A stretch of DNA of 45,452 bases from contig JANOEF010000568.1 in the NCBI GenBank assembly GCA_031413075.1, positions 1 to 45,452 of the forward strand, written 5' to 3'. Below, one piece after another: positions 1 to 7,841 of this stretch; the stretch's first letter is position 1; every line of letters begins with the position of its first letter. The notes beneath the pieces were generated by a model that was given only the letters and a program-made list of their open reading frames with translations, searched no databases and was not told where the DNA came from. Made by a program: the position numbers and the translations under genes. This DNA is from Acidobacteriota bacterium. Its GTDB lineage: Bacteria; Acidobacteriota; Blastocatellia; Pyrinomonadales; Pyrinomonadaceae.

Positions 1-1
1 G

Positions 2-124
2 GTTGAAATGGGCGAGTATGAAGGCAAGAAAACTGCCAAAATTAAGATGAAAAACGGGCGGAGTTTAACAACGCTCGTTGAAACAAATGGCAAATGGTTG
101 GCTGACACCATCTGGTTTGATTAA
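2..124 (+). CDS. 3' end of an unidentified CDS entering from upstream of the window
   Basis: Frame 2 is open from the window edge to TAA 122-124 (...KMKNGRSLTTLVETNGKWLADTIWFD*). It is convergent with trpF and too short to name. Confidence 0.3.
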   Translation, partial: VEMGEYEGKKTAKIKMKNGRSLTTLVETNGKWLADTIWFD

Positions 125-152
125 GAGAAGAGTCCTCACAAAAGGGTTAGAT

Positions 153-785
153 TCAGTCCAAATTCTTTTTTGAATTACGTAGGAAAAGTATGGTCTGGTC
201 CTTATCTTTCTGACCCTTTTGACTCTCCAAACCGCTGCAGGCATCAACCGCGAAAGGTTTTACTTCGGAAATGGCGGCTAAAACATTTTCGTAATTGAGC
301 CCTCCCGCCAAATACATTTGCGGAAAGATCTCCTGCACTTTTTGAGCGATTTCCCAATCAAAAGTTTCGCCTGTCCCGCCGTGTTCGTATCGTGAGTAGG
401 CATCCAGCAAGATCGCGTCAACCTCATACAGCAAAATATCTTCCGGCTGAAATTCGGTCGAAACGCGAAACGCTTTGATAATCTCCAAACCTGTTTCAGC
501 TTTCAGTCTGCGCGCAAATTCGGGCGTTTCTTCGCCGTGGAGTTGGATCGCGTTGAGTTTGGCGATTTCGGCAATTCCCACGATTTTTTCTAAACTTTCA
601 TTGACGAAAACTCCAACTTTCAAAACTTCGGCGGGCAATTGTTCGATGATTTCCCGCGCTTTTTCGGCTTCGATAAAACGCGGACTTTTCGGATAAAAGT
701 TAAACCCCAAAGCGTCTACCCCGAATTTGACGGAAAGCAGAGCATCTTCCAGATTGGTGATTCCGCAAATTTTAACTTTGGTCAT
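153..785 (-). CDS. trpF: N-(5'-phosphoribosyl)anthranilate isomerase
   Basis: The MTKVKICGITN N-terminus, the GGTGETFDW phosphate-binding block and a length of ~210 aa fit TrpF. Start set to ATG 785, 24 nt inside the ORF-track model. Confidence 0.85.
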   Translation of the reverse strand: MTKVKICGITNLEDALLSVKFGVDALGFNFYPKSPRFIEAEKAREIIEQLPAEVLKVGVFVNESLEKIVGIAEIAKLNAIQLHGEETPEFARRLKAETGLEIIKAFRVSTEFQPEDILLYEVDAILLDAYSRYEHGGTGETFDWEIAQKVQEIFPQMYLAGGLNYENVLAAISEVKPFAVDACSGLESQKGQKDKDQTILFLRNSKKNLD

Positions 786-796
786 TCTTTTTCGTC

Positions 797-826
797 CACA
801 GATTGACACAGATAAACACAGATAAG
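797..826. repeat. 3 x 10-bp phased repeat (CACAGAT+N3) in the trpF leader
   Basis: Read directly: cacagattga cacagataaa cacagataag. The proximal copy lies 11 nt from the trpF ATG. Confidence 0.9.
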
Positions 827-910
827 TAAAGATTTTTTCAAAGCATTTTCAAATTATCAAAAAAATATCCGTGTCAATCCGGGTGCATCCGGGGTTAAAA
901 TTTCCCCGTT

Positions 911-1597
911 TTATTGCTTCTCAAATTTTGCAATAAAAGCATAGCGGCGGGCAATTGAAGTAACGGCTAATGTTCCTAACCCCTCTGATTCCAACGATTC
1001 CAGATGCGGCATCAGGTCGCCCCAAAATTGAACGTGAAATTGTTTGAGCCAGCCTTTTAATAACTTTTGAAACAAACGCGGCAGATCTTTTTGATCGTAA
1101 AAATCCACGATATAAAAACTCCCGCCTGATCGTAAATTATTTAGTGCATTGGCGATAGACTCTTTCCAGGGCGGAATCATCGAAATCGAATAACTGAAAT
1201 AGATTGTGTCAAACGGCTGGTCTAAATTAAAAGTCGCCTGATGGGTAAAATCATCGGCCAGCGCAACTTTTAGTTCAACATTTTTGAGAGAATTGGCGTC
1301 AACTTTTTTTTGCGACTCTTCGATCATCACGCTCGACGCATCGAGACCGAAAAAGTTCGCCATCGGAAATTTCTTTGCCAAAATTGCGAGATTGCGCCCC
1401 GTTCCGCAACCAACTTCCAGCACCTTTTCACCCGTTTTGACATTCATTTGGGCGATTAGTTGGTCGCGCCCCAGAAGATAATATTTGCGGGTCAAATCAT
1501 AAAAGTATCGCTGATAACGATACATCCGGTCCATACTTTCAAAAGCACCGTCTGAATTTTGGATTTTGGATTTTGGATTTTGGATTTCGTTTGTCAT
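911..1597 (-). CDS. btaB: Class I SAM-dependent methyltransferase, BtaB-like (DGTS N-methyltransferase)
   Basis: SAM motif VLEVGCGTGRNL, and an N-terminal YRYQRYFYDLTRKYYLLGRD block as in BtaB-type enzymes. ATG 1597 overlaps the btaA stop (ATGA), so the genes are translationally coupled. Confidence 0.7.
   Translation of the reverse strand: MTNEIQNPKSKIQNSDGAFESMDRMYRYQRYFYDLTRKYYLLGRDQLIAQMNVKTGEKVLEVGCGTGRNLAILAKKFPMANFFGLDASSVMIEESQKKVDANSLKNVELKVALADDFTHQATFNLDQPFDTIYFSYSISMIPPWKESIANALNNLRSGGSFYIVDFYDQKDLPRLFQKLLKGWLKQFHVQFWGDLMPHLESLESEGLGTLAVTSIARRYAFIAKFEKQ
1554..1588. repeat. Heptamer microsatellite (GGATTTT x4 plus one degenerate unit) inside codons 4-14 of btaB
   Basis: Read directly: gaatttt ggatttt ggatttt ggatttt ggatttc. 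The minus strand encodes IQNPKSKIQN. Confidence 0.9.
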
Positions 1598-2799
1598 GGC
1601 AAAATATAGAGATGAAAACCACCGTAAATTGAAGCGCGGTCCTGTTTGAAAAGTTCCACTGACCAATCTTTTTCGTATTTGAATTTAGCTAAAAGTTCGC
1701 TCGGTAACGCATTTTCAAGCGGAGAATTGGCGCCGGCTGTCCGAAAAATTATCCGCGAATTCTTTTCGCCTCGATTCGCAATTGTTTCCCAGAGATCGGT
1801 CAAAATCGGCGGCGTCATCCAGTCTTGCGCGTCTAAAAAAACAAATCGGTTGAATGAGCCGACGGGACGATGCTTAATTTCGTCCGTCACCGAACCGATT
1901 TTTGCGCTCACCCGTGAGATATTTTGCTTCAATTGAGTAAAATTTTCCGCTTTCAGATATTCGGGAATGGCCGCACGATTTTCAGTGTCGTATTTGCGGG
2001 CAAAGGCTTGCCAGGCAAAATAGTTCTCCTGGATCGGATAATTAACCGCGAGCCGTTTGGCCCGTTCCCGATAAATATCAATAACGCTCCCGCCTTCGGC
2101 CAAATCTTTTTTGAGTTCCTCGTATTGCTGCGGCGGAATGCCCAAACCAAACATCGTAATCGGCAATTTGCCGACCGTTTTGATAAAGAAACTATCGAAA
2201 AAAGGATTGATAAATTGGTCGTAAAGTTCGGCTTGTTCGGCCGGTGTTTTGGCCGCCAAAACTTTGTCTGGGCGGCAACCGATCAAATTGGCAAAACGAT
2301 GAAAGAATCGCAAAAAGTAGCCGTTTCGCGAATGTTCATAAAGTCCGCCTTTGTTGAAAATATTGATCTTTTTATCCCAAAACTTGCGAGCCTCGGCGTC
2401 GAGCCCGGGTGCCATAAATTCTTGATAATTTTTGACGTTGTCTGGACTTTTGCCGTAACCGAAAAAATTAAAAAAGTCTTGATGGGTCGGCAAAAATTCA
2501 AGCGCGGCTAATTTCAAACGAAGTAAAAAAATATGATGACGATTTAGATCAACCGCAGTCACACTTTCGGGATTTTCAACCAAATAATTCAGGACATTGC
2601 AACCGCCGGATGAAATAGTGATGACACGGGAATTTTCGTCTAATTTGAGGGCTTCGAGGTCAACCCGCGGGTCTTCCCAAATTTGATTATAGACAAAGGC
2701 ATCAAACCAAACGGCAAATAACTTTTGCAAAATGCCTTGCTTCGAGGAGGTGTTTTCGTGCTGAACTGCACTCTGGAGAGACGCATCATTGGAATTCAT
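1594..2799 (-). CDS. btaA: S-adenosylmethionine:diacylglycerol 3-amino-3-carboxypropyl transferase (BtaA / DUF3419 family)
   Basis: Family blocks VYNQIWEDPRVDLEAL, ITISSGGCNVLNYL and AVDLN. Start set to ATG 2799 (MNSNDASLQ...). The 85 upstream codons of the ORF-track model are only the translated heptamer array. Confidence 0.75.
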   Translation of the reverse strand: MNSNDASLQSAVQHENTSSKQGILQKLFAVWFDAFVYNQIWEDPRVDLEALKLDENSRVITISSGGCNVLNYLVENPESVTAVDLNRHHIFLLRLKLAALEFLPTHQDFFNFFGYGKSPDNVKNYQEFMAPGLDAEARKFWDKKINIFNKGGLYEHSRNGYFLRFFHRFANLIGCRPDKVLAAKTPAEQAELYDQFINPFFDSFFIKTVGKLPITMFGLGIPPQQYEELKKDLAEGGSVIDIYRERAKRLAVNYPIQENYFAWQAFARKYDTENRAAIPEYLKAENFTQLKQNISRVSAKIGSVTDEIKHRPVGSFNRFVFLDAQDWMTPPILTDLWETIANRGEKNSRIIFRTAGANSPLENALPSELLAKFKYEKDWSVELFKQDRASIYGGFHLYILP

Positions 2800-2817
2800 A
2801 AATTTTGTTTGTGAATA

Positions 2818-3034
2818 GTAATTGGTAATTGGTAATTGGTAATTGGTAACTGGTAACTGGTAATTGGTAATTGGTAATTCGTAATTCGTAATTGATAATT
2901 CGTAATTGGTAATTGGTAATTGGTAATTGGTAATTGGTAATTGGTAATTGGTAATTGGTAATTCGTAATTCGTAATTGGTAATTGGTAATTGGTAATTGG
3001 TAATTCGTAATTCGTAATTCGTAATTCGTAAATT
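2818..3034. repeat. 31-unit heptanucleotide tandem array (GTAATTG / GTAATTC, few variants)
   Basis: Counted unit by unit with strict 7-bp register from 2818 to 3034. It lies between the FtsX permease stop (3061) and the btaA start (2799). Confidence 0.95.
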
Positions 3035-3060
3035 GTGAAATATCCCGTATTCACTATTCC

Positions 3061-4161
3061 CTATTCATTGACCATTACTTCTACCGGATCAATGTCCGAC
3101 GCCTTCCAGGCCGGATAAAGTGCGCCGACCAAACTTCCGCCGATGGCGATCGCAATGGCTGTCAGAATCCAACCGAGGCTGAATTCAAACTGGAGTTCAT
3201 AAATTCGTTGAATCCCCGCCGAAGCCAGCACCGAAACGGCAAAACCAAAGATGATTCCGAGCACGCCGATTAAAAATGCCTCGCCTTCGATGACCGCGAC
3301 GATAAAGGACTTTGAAGCTCCGAGCGATTTTAAGATACCGATTTCTTTACGTCGTTCGGTGATGGTCGTGTACATCGAAAGCAGAACAAATATTGTACTG
3401 ACAAAGGCTCCGAGTCCGACCAAAACCCGCAAAAATGTGTTTAGGGAAGGGAGCCTTTCCTGCGCATCAACGATCAGATCGCGGGTCAGGTTAATTTTGT
3501 TGCCGGGCAAGGCTTCATTGATATTTTTCGCCACCACTTCCGGATCGGCGCCGTCTTTTAGTTTAATCAAAATATAAGTGCATTTATTGGGAAATTGGAG
3601 CGCGTCCTGCATGGCGGCCAGTGACATTTTGATTCGTGATCCCGAAGGCGGCGAAAAAACTCCGACCACTTTATATTTTTTACTGCCGAAAAGCTCAATG
3701 GAATCTCCGAGCTTCAACTGGTCATCGCGCATTTGGCGTTCATCCAAAATGACCTCGTCAATTGACTGAAGCGGCCGGCCCGACACGATTTCGGTGCCGT
3801 TCATGGCGGAAAACGTCTCCCATTCGATTCCTTCGTAATTAATAAAGCCAAAGCGGCCTTTGGGCGAGGCTGTCACGTTGCGGCCAACGGCGGTGACCGT
3901 TTGGACGCCGTCAATCTGCATCAGCCTTTCTTTATAATTAACGCTGAGGCTCATATTGGCGCTGGACAATTCCATCGCACCAGGGCGGGTAAAAACGATT
4001 TCGGCCTTCCAATTGTTAGCCCGTTTGGCCATATCGTTGGTCATCCCGCGAGCCAATCCGGTAAAAAGCACGACTAAAACCACACCGAGAGCGACGCCGA
4101 TAATGCTGATCAAAGTGCGAAAAGGGCGAGTCCGTAAATTTGCTAAGACTAATTCGAGCAT
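3061..4161 (-). CDS. ABC transporter permease, FtsX/MacB-LolE type (no adjacent ATPase gene)
   Basis: N-terminal TM helix RPFRTLISIIGVALGVVLVV, a large periplasmic loop, and a C-terminal FtsX module with ERRKEIGILKSLGAS followed by 3 TM helices. Confidence 0.85.
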   Translation of the reverse strand: MLELVLANLRTRPFRTLISIIGVALGVVLVVLFTGLARGMTNDMAKRANNWKAEIVFTRPGAMELSSANMSLSVNYKERLMQIDGVQTVTAVGRNVTASPKGRFGFINYEGIEWETFSAMNGTEIVSGRPLQSIDEVILDERQMRDDQLKLGDSIELFGSKKYKVVGVFSPPSGSRIKMSLAAMQDALQFPNKCTYILIKLKDGADPEVVAKNINEALPGNKINLTRDLIVDAQERLPSLNTFLRVLVGLGAFVSTIFVLLSMYTTITERRKEIGILKSLGASKSFIVAVIEGEAFLIGVLGIIFGFAVSVLASAGIQRIYELQFEFSLGWILTAIAIAIGGSLVGALYPAWKASDIDPVEVMVNE

Positions 4162-4173
4162 AAGATAAAAGAC

Positions 4174-4201
4174 GAATTACGAATTACGAATTACAAATTG
4201 C
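4174..4201. repeat. Inverted copy of the GTAATTC heptamer array (GAATTAC x3 plus one degenerate unit)
   Basis: Read directly: gaattac gaattac gaattac aaattgc. This is the reverse complement of the 2818-3034 unit, immediately upstream of the permease ATG. Confidence 0.9.
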
Positions 4202-4266
4202 GAAAAAGCGGCAGCTCCTTTCTATTCCGTCCTTTTAAAATTCATAAATTAAAATGACTTCCCGCG

Positions 4267-4298
4267 TTCGTAATTCGTAATTCGTAATTTACGAATTG
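4267..4298. repeat. GTAATTC heptamers ending in a 19-bp perfect palindrome
   Basis: ttcgtaattcgtaattcgtaatttacgaattg. The stretch aattcgtaa-t-ttacgaatt (4279-4297) is a perfect palindrome. Confidence 0.9.
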
Positions 4299-4334
4299 TT
4301 TATTCTATCGTATCTGACGAACTTTCGGAAATTG

Positions 4335-4366
4335 AAAAAAAAAAGACGCGATATTGCTACCGCGTC
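4335..4366 (-). terminator. Rho-independent terminator of the TonB-receptor gene
   Basis: On the minus strand, a GACGCG/CGCGTC stem with a 10-nt loop is followed by a run of 10 T. It begins 28 nt after the receptor stop. Confidence 0.6.
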
Positions 4367-4393
4367 AAAAGTAAGACAGTTTCTTAATTCAAG

Positions 4394-7300
4394 TTAGAAA
4401 ACCAATCGTCCGCCAATGATGATTCGTCGGTTTCCGCCATTGGTTGCCCACTGGTTGAGGAAAGCCGCGCCGGCACTGCGTCGTCCTTCGGGAACCCCGA
4501 AGTTACGATGATTGATAGCGTTGAACATATCAACTCGGATTTGGAATCGCACTCGTTCGGTAACCTGAGTGTTTTTGATGATTCCAAAATCAAAACTTTC
4601 AATATCGTCAGCCCGCAAAATGTTCCGTCCGGCATTGCCGACTCGTTGAGCCGCAGTGACAGCACTAAACAAACTGGCACCGCCGGCTTGAATGATCTCG
4701 ATAATTGACATACTTGAAAGGTCTAAGTTGGTGTTCACATTTGCCCGGATTGCGTTTCCGACCAATCCGTCAATTCCGTTCAGAGCACCGGCCGGGTCGG
4801 AACCGTTAAGAACCGTGAACGGCGCGCCGCTTTGCAAAGTAAAGAACGAATTGACCTGCCATCCGCCCAAAACCTTTCCGCCAAATCCCTTTTGGTCTTT
4901 GAAAAACGGAAGCTGATAAACAAAGTTTCCGGTCAATCGGTGCGGACGGTCAAAAGTTGACCGCGAACGATCTGCACCTCGATTAAAAGAGTCCTGCGAA
5001 ACGGCAACTTCTGCTCCCGACGGATTGAAAATTTCCGAAGCAGTATCAATAAATGAACTCCAGGTATAGTGCACACCGGCGCTAAATCCTTTGCTCAAAC
5101 GCTTTTCAACGCTTGCTTGCATCGAATGATAGATTGAATTGGCCTCGTTTGCCCGAAGGCGAATTACGCCCCGGGTCGGGTCAACTCGTGGACAAAGAAG
5201 TAAAGGTATTGTTTGAGGAACGGTAACCACATTATTTCCGCCGGCACAAGCCGTGCGCGGATTACCGTCAATGGTTTGGAACAGACCGGTTCCTCTGGTT
5301 CCGATGTAACTAATCTTAAAGACCATGTCCTTGTTCAATTCGCGCTGCATTTCAAGCGAAAATTGATCCGACGCCGGTGCGCGAAAATCTTCGGCGACAA
5401 CGGTTCGGGTCAAAAAGTCCGGATTGGCCAGACTCGGGACAAAGTTTTGAATAGCCGCAAAAGCACCGGTTGCCGGAAGTGTTCCCGCATTAACGAAGGG
5501 GAATGAACTGAAAACATTCAAATTGATGTTAATAAAGCTGGCATCATATGAACGGGCATAACCGCCACGAACGACCAATTTATCACCACCGGTCAGGAAA
5601 CCAAAGATTCCGCTGCCGTCGTTACGCGGATTCCAGTTAAATCCGATGCGCGGCATGATGTTATTGGTATCTTCTTTCGGTCTCGGCGTAAAGGCTCTGT
5701 TTCCATTATTTGGCAGAACTCGTTTTTCGAGATCAAACAAATACTGGAACGAATTGCCCGGACGCTCATATCGCGCCCCCATCGTCAACGTAAATGTCGG
5801 CGATATTTTCCATTCATCCTGAGCAAAGAAATAGATCTCGTTCCAGGTATAGAATCCGATCGTGTCACCACCCGGAATCGGACGGTTAACGGTGGCTGCC
5901 AAACTCGCAAAATCATCTACATATTGCTGCAATGTCGAGTAAGCGAGGCGACCGCGAACGGTTGGAAAGAAGAAACTCTTAACTTCCATTTTGCGCCAAT
6001 CAACCCCAAATTTCAGATTGTGATTGCCGGTTGAATACGAAAGATTATCGGTGATCTGATAGGTGTTGTTGATGCGGAATTGCGGCAAATTGACCGCTAA
6101 TCCAATCGCGGTTCGGTTAGCCGCAGCATTAAATCCGGTCATACCCAATTCTGAAATTTCAATCGAAGGAATGGTTTCCGATGACGGATCCGAAGCGTTG
6201 GTGACTGAATCGTAACGACTGTAAGCAAGCCGCACTTCATTGGTCATTTTGGAACTCAAGATACTATTTAAGACAATGGTTGACGCACTTGTTTTCGTGG
6301 GGCTGACGGTGGTCAATCCCGCCGGCGTCACCTGTCCGGTTCCTTGAGTTACTGAGCTATCCCAACGATAACGACCGTAAATGAAGTTTTTGCTGTTTAT
6401 CTTGTGGTCAACTCTGATCGAACCCTGGTCATCGTTAAAGGTAAATGATGAGGATCCGGTTAAATTGCCGAGTGGAACATTATAAGCCGTTCCGCCAACA
6501 ACAAAATTCGCACTTGTTCCATTGGCAGTTCCAGGTTGCACAAACTTCAAAAGAGCCTGAATTTGCGGGCGATTTCCGACCGCATTCTGCAGAACTTGCC
6601 GCCCGGCTTCGGTTGGTGCGCCATTGAGGGTAAACCCTGAACCGAGCGCGCGGTCTGTCCAGCGTTGATAATCAAAGAAGAAAAAGGTTTTGTCCTTTCC
6701 ATTTCGAATATATGGACCACCTTCTCCGAAAGCGGGGAGATGCAATGGACCGCCAATCGTAAAGCCGATTTGATTTTCCAGCCGGAACGGCGCATATTTT
6801 TTCGCTTCGGTCGTCGCATTGGGATTGCAGTTTCCGGTTGCTTTGTCTAAGTTACTGCACGAATTCAGTTTCTTGTTATTGTGAAACCAAAAGACCGAAC
6901 CGTGAAAATCATTGGTGCCGGATTTGCCGACAAAATTGACTACCGAACTTGAATTGCGTCCGTTTTCAGCCAAAAATTGATTGGTCACGATGCGAACTTC
7001 TTGAATCGCATCAGGATTATTCAATGCAACTTGTCCGCCGGCCACACTTGGGTCGTTGATGTCTTGGCCGTCCAACATAAAATTGTTTGAACGCAGCCGA
7101 CCGCCATTGGCCGAAAAACTAATCCCGTTTGCGAATCCGGTTTGTCCGCTGCCCAATTGACTCACCCCCGGAACGGAGAGCAACACACTGAAAACATTGC
7201 GGTTGGTTGAAATCGGTAATTCCGATAGCCGTTTTTCATCAAAACGGGTGCTGACCTCTGCAGTTGTCGTGTTCAAAACCGAAGCGTTTTCAGTCACCGT

Positions 7301-7651
7301 CACAACTTCCTGGACGTTACCGGCTTTGAGCGAGGCATCAATCACCGCATCCTGGTTGACGACCAGCGAAATTCCGGTTTGGACATATTTGGAAAAGTTT
7401 GCCGCTTCAATTGTTACTTGATAGGCACCGACCGGTAAATTACCAAAACGAAAACGACCCTCGCCGTCCGTCTGAGCCGTCCGCGAAAGTCCCGTATCCA
7501 CGTTGCGCGCAGTTACTGTAGCTCCCGAGATGACCGCTTGTTTTTCATCTGTTACTGTTCCTGATAACGTAGCTGAGTTTGATTGTGCCAAGCTCAGGCT
7601 CAGGCTACTCAAAATCATCATAAACAGCATCAAAATTTGAAATTTTCTCAT
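4394..7651 (-). CDS. TonB-dependent outer-membrane receptor with N-terminal carboxypeptidase-regulatory-like domain
   Basis: Signal peptide, then a CarboxypepD_reg-like block LSGTVTDEKQAVISGATVTARNVDTGLSRTAQTDGEGRFRFGNLPVGAYQV. This is followed by plug and barrel regions, a length of 1085 aa and a C-terminal aromatic residue (..GRLVF). Confidence 0.85.
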   Translation of the reverse strand: MRKFQILMLFMMILSSLSLSLAQSNSATLSGTVTDEKQAVISGATVTARNVDTGLSRTAQTDGEGRFRFGNLPVGAYQVTIEAANFSKYVQTGISLVVNQDAVIDASLKAGNVQEVVTVTENASVLNTTTAEVSTRFDEKRLSELPISTNRNVFSVLLSVPGVSQLGSGQTGFANGISFSANGGRLRSNNFMLDGQDINDPSVAGGQVALNNPDAIQEVRIVTNQFLAENGRNSSSVVNFVGKSGTNDFHGSVFWFHNNKKLNSCSNLDKATGNCNPNATTEAKKYAPFRLENQIGFTIGGPLHLPAFGEGGPYIRNGKDKTFFFFDYQRWTDRALGSGFTLNGAPTEAGRQVLQNAVGNRPQIQALLKFVQPGTANGTSANFVVGGTAYNVPLGNLTGSSSFTFNDDQGSIRVDHKINSKNFIYGRYRWDSSVTQGTGQVTPAGLTTVSPTKTSASTIVLNSILSSKMTNEVRLAYSRYDSVTNASDPSSETIPSIEISELGMTGFNAAANRTAIGLAVNLPQFRINNTYQITDNLSYSTGNHNLKFGVDWRKMEVKSFFFPTVRGRLAYSTLQQYVDDFASLAATVNRPIPGGDTIGFYTWNEIYFFAQDEWKISPTFTLTMGARYERPGNSFQYLFDLEKRVLPNNGNRAFTPRPKEDTNNIMPRIGFNWNPRNDGSGIFGFLTGGDKLVVRGGYARSYDASFININLNVFSSFPFVNAGTLPATGAFAAIQNFVPSLANPDFLTRTVVAEDFRAPASDQFSLEMQRELNKDMVFKISYIGTRGTGLFQTIDGNPRTACAGGNNVVTVPQTIPLLLCPRVDPTRGVIRLRANEANSIYHSMQASVEKRLSKGFSAGVHYTWSSFIDTASEIFNPSGAEVAVSQDSFNRGADRSRSTFDRPHRLTGNFVYQLPFFKDQKGFGGKVLGGWQVNSFFTLQSGAPFTVLNGSDPAGALNGIDGLVGNAIRANVNTNLDLSSMSIIEIIQAGGASLFSAVTAAQRVGNAGRNILRADDIESFDFGIIKNTQVTERVRFQIRVDMFNAINHRNFGVPEGRRSAGAAFLNQWATNGGNRRIIIGGRLVF

Positions 7652-7841
7652 TATTGGAAAACCCCCCTTTGTTTTTTTTAGTTTAAATAATCAAAACGGA
7701 TGAAACTTGAAATAAAAGTCAAGTTTAGAGACGCAAAAAGCGTGCCTTAAGATTTGAAAGACATAACCTTTCTATTTTTAGCGATATACAGAAGAGAGGA
7801 TTAAATGCTTATCCAAAAAAATGAATTTAAACCCAAATTAT

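Noticed and set aside
2818-3034. Tandem repeat arrays (also 12693-12756, 21368-21409 and 43617-43931) as possible CRISPR arrays
   Set aside because: The units abut with no unique spacers. They are 7, 8 or 21 bp long, and no cas genes are present.
2800-3054. N-terminal ITNYELPITNYQLP... repeat domain on the ORF-track model of the 1594-3054 protein
   Set aside because: It is simply the heptamer DNA array read in frame. The BtaA family core starts after the internal ATG at 2799, and no signal or domain logic supports the extension.
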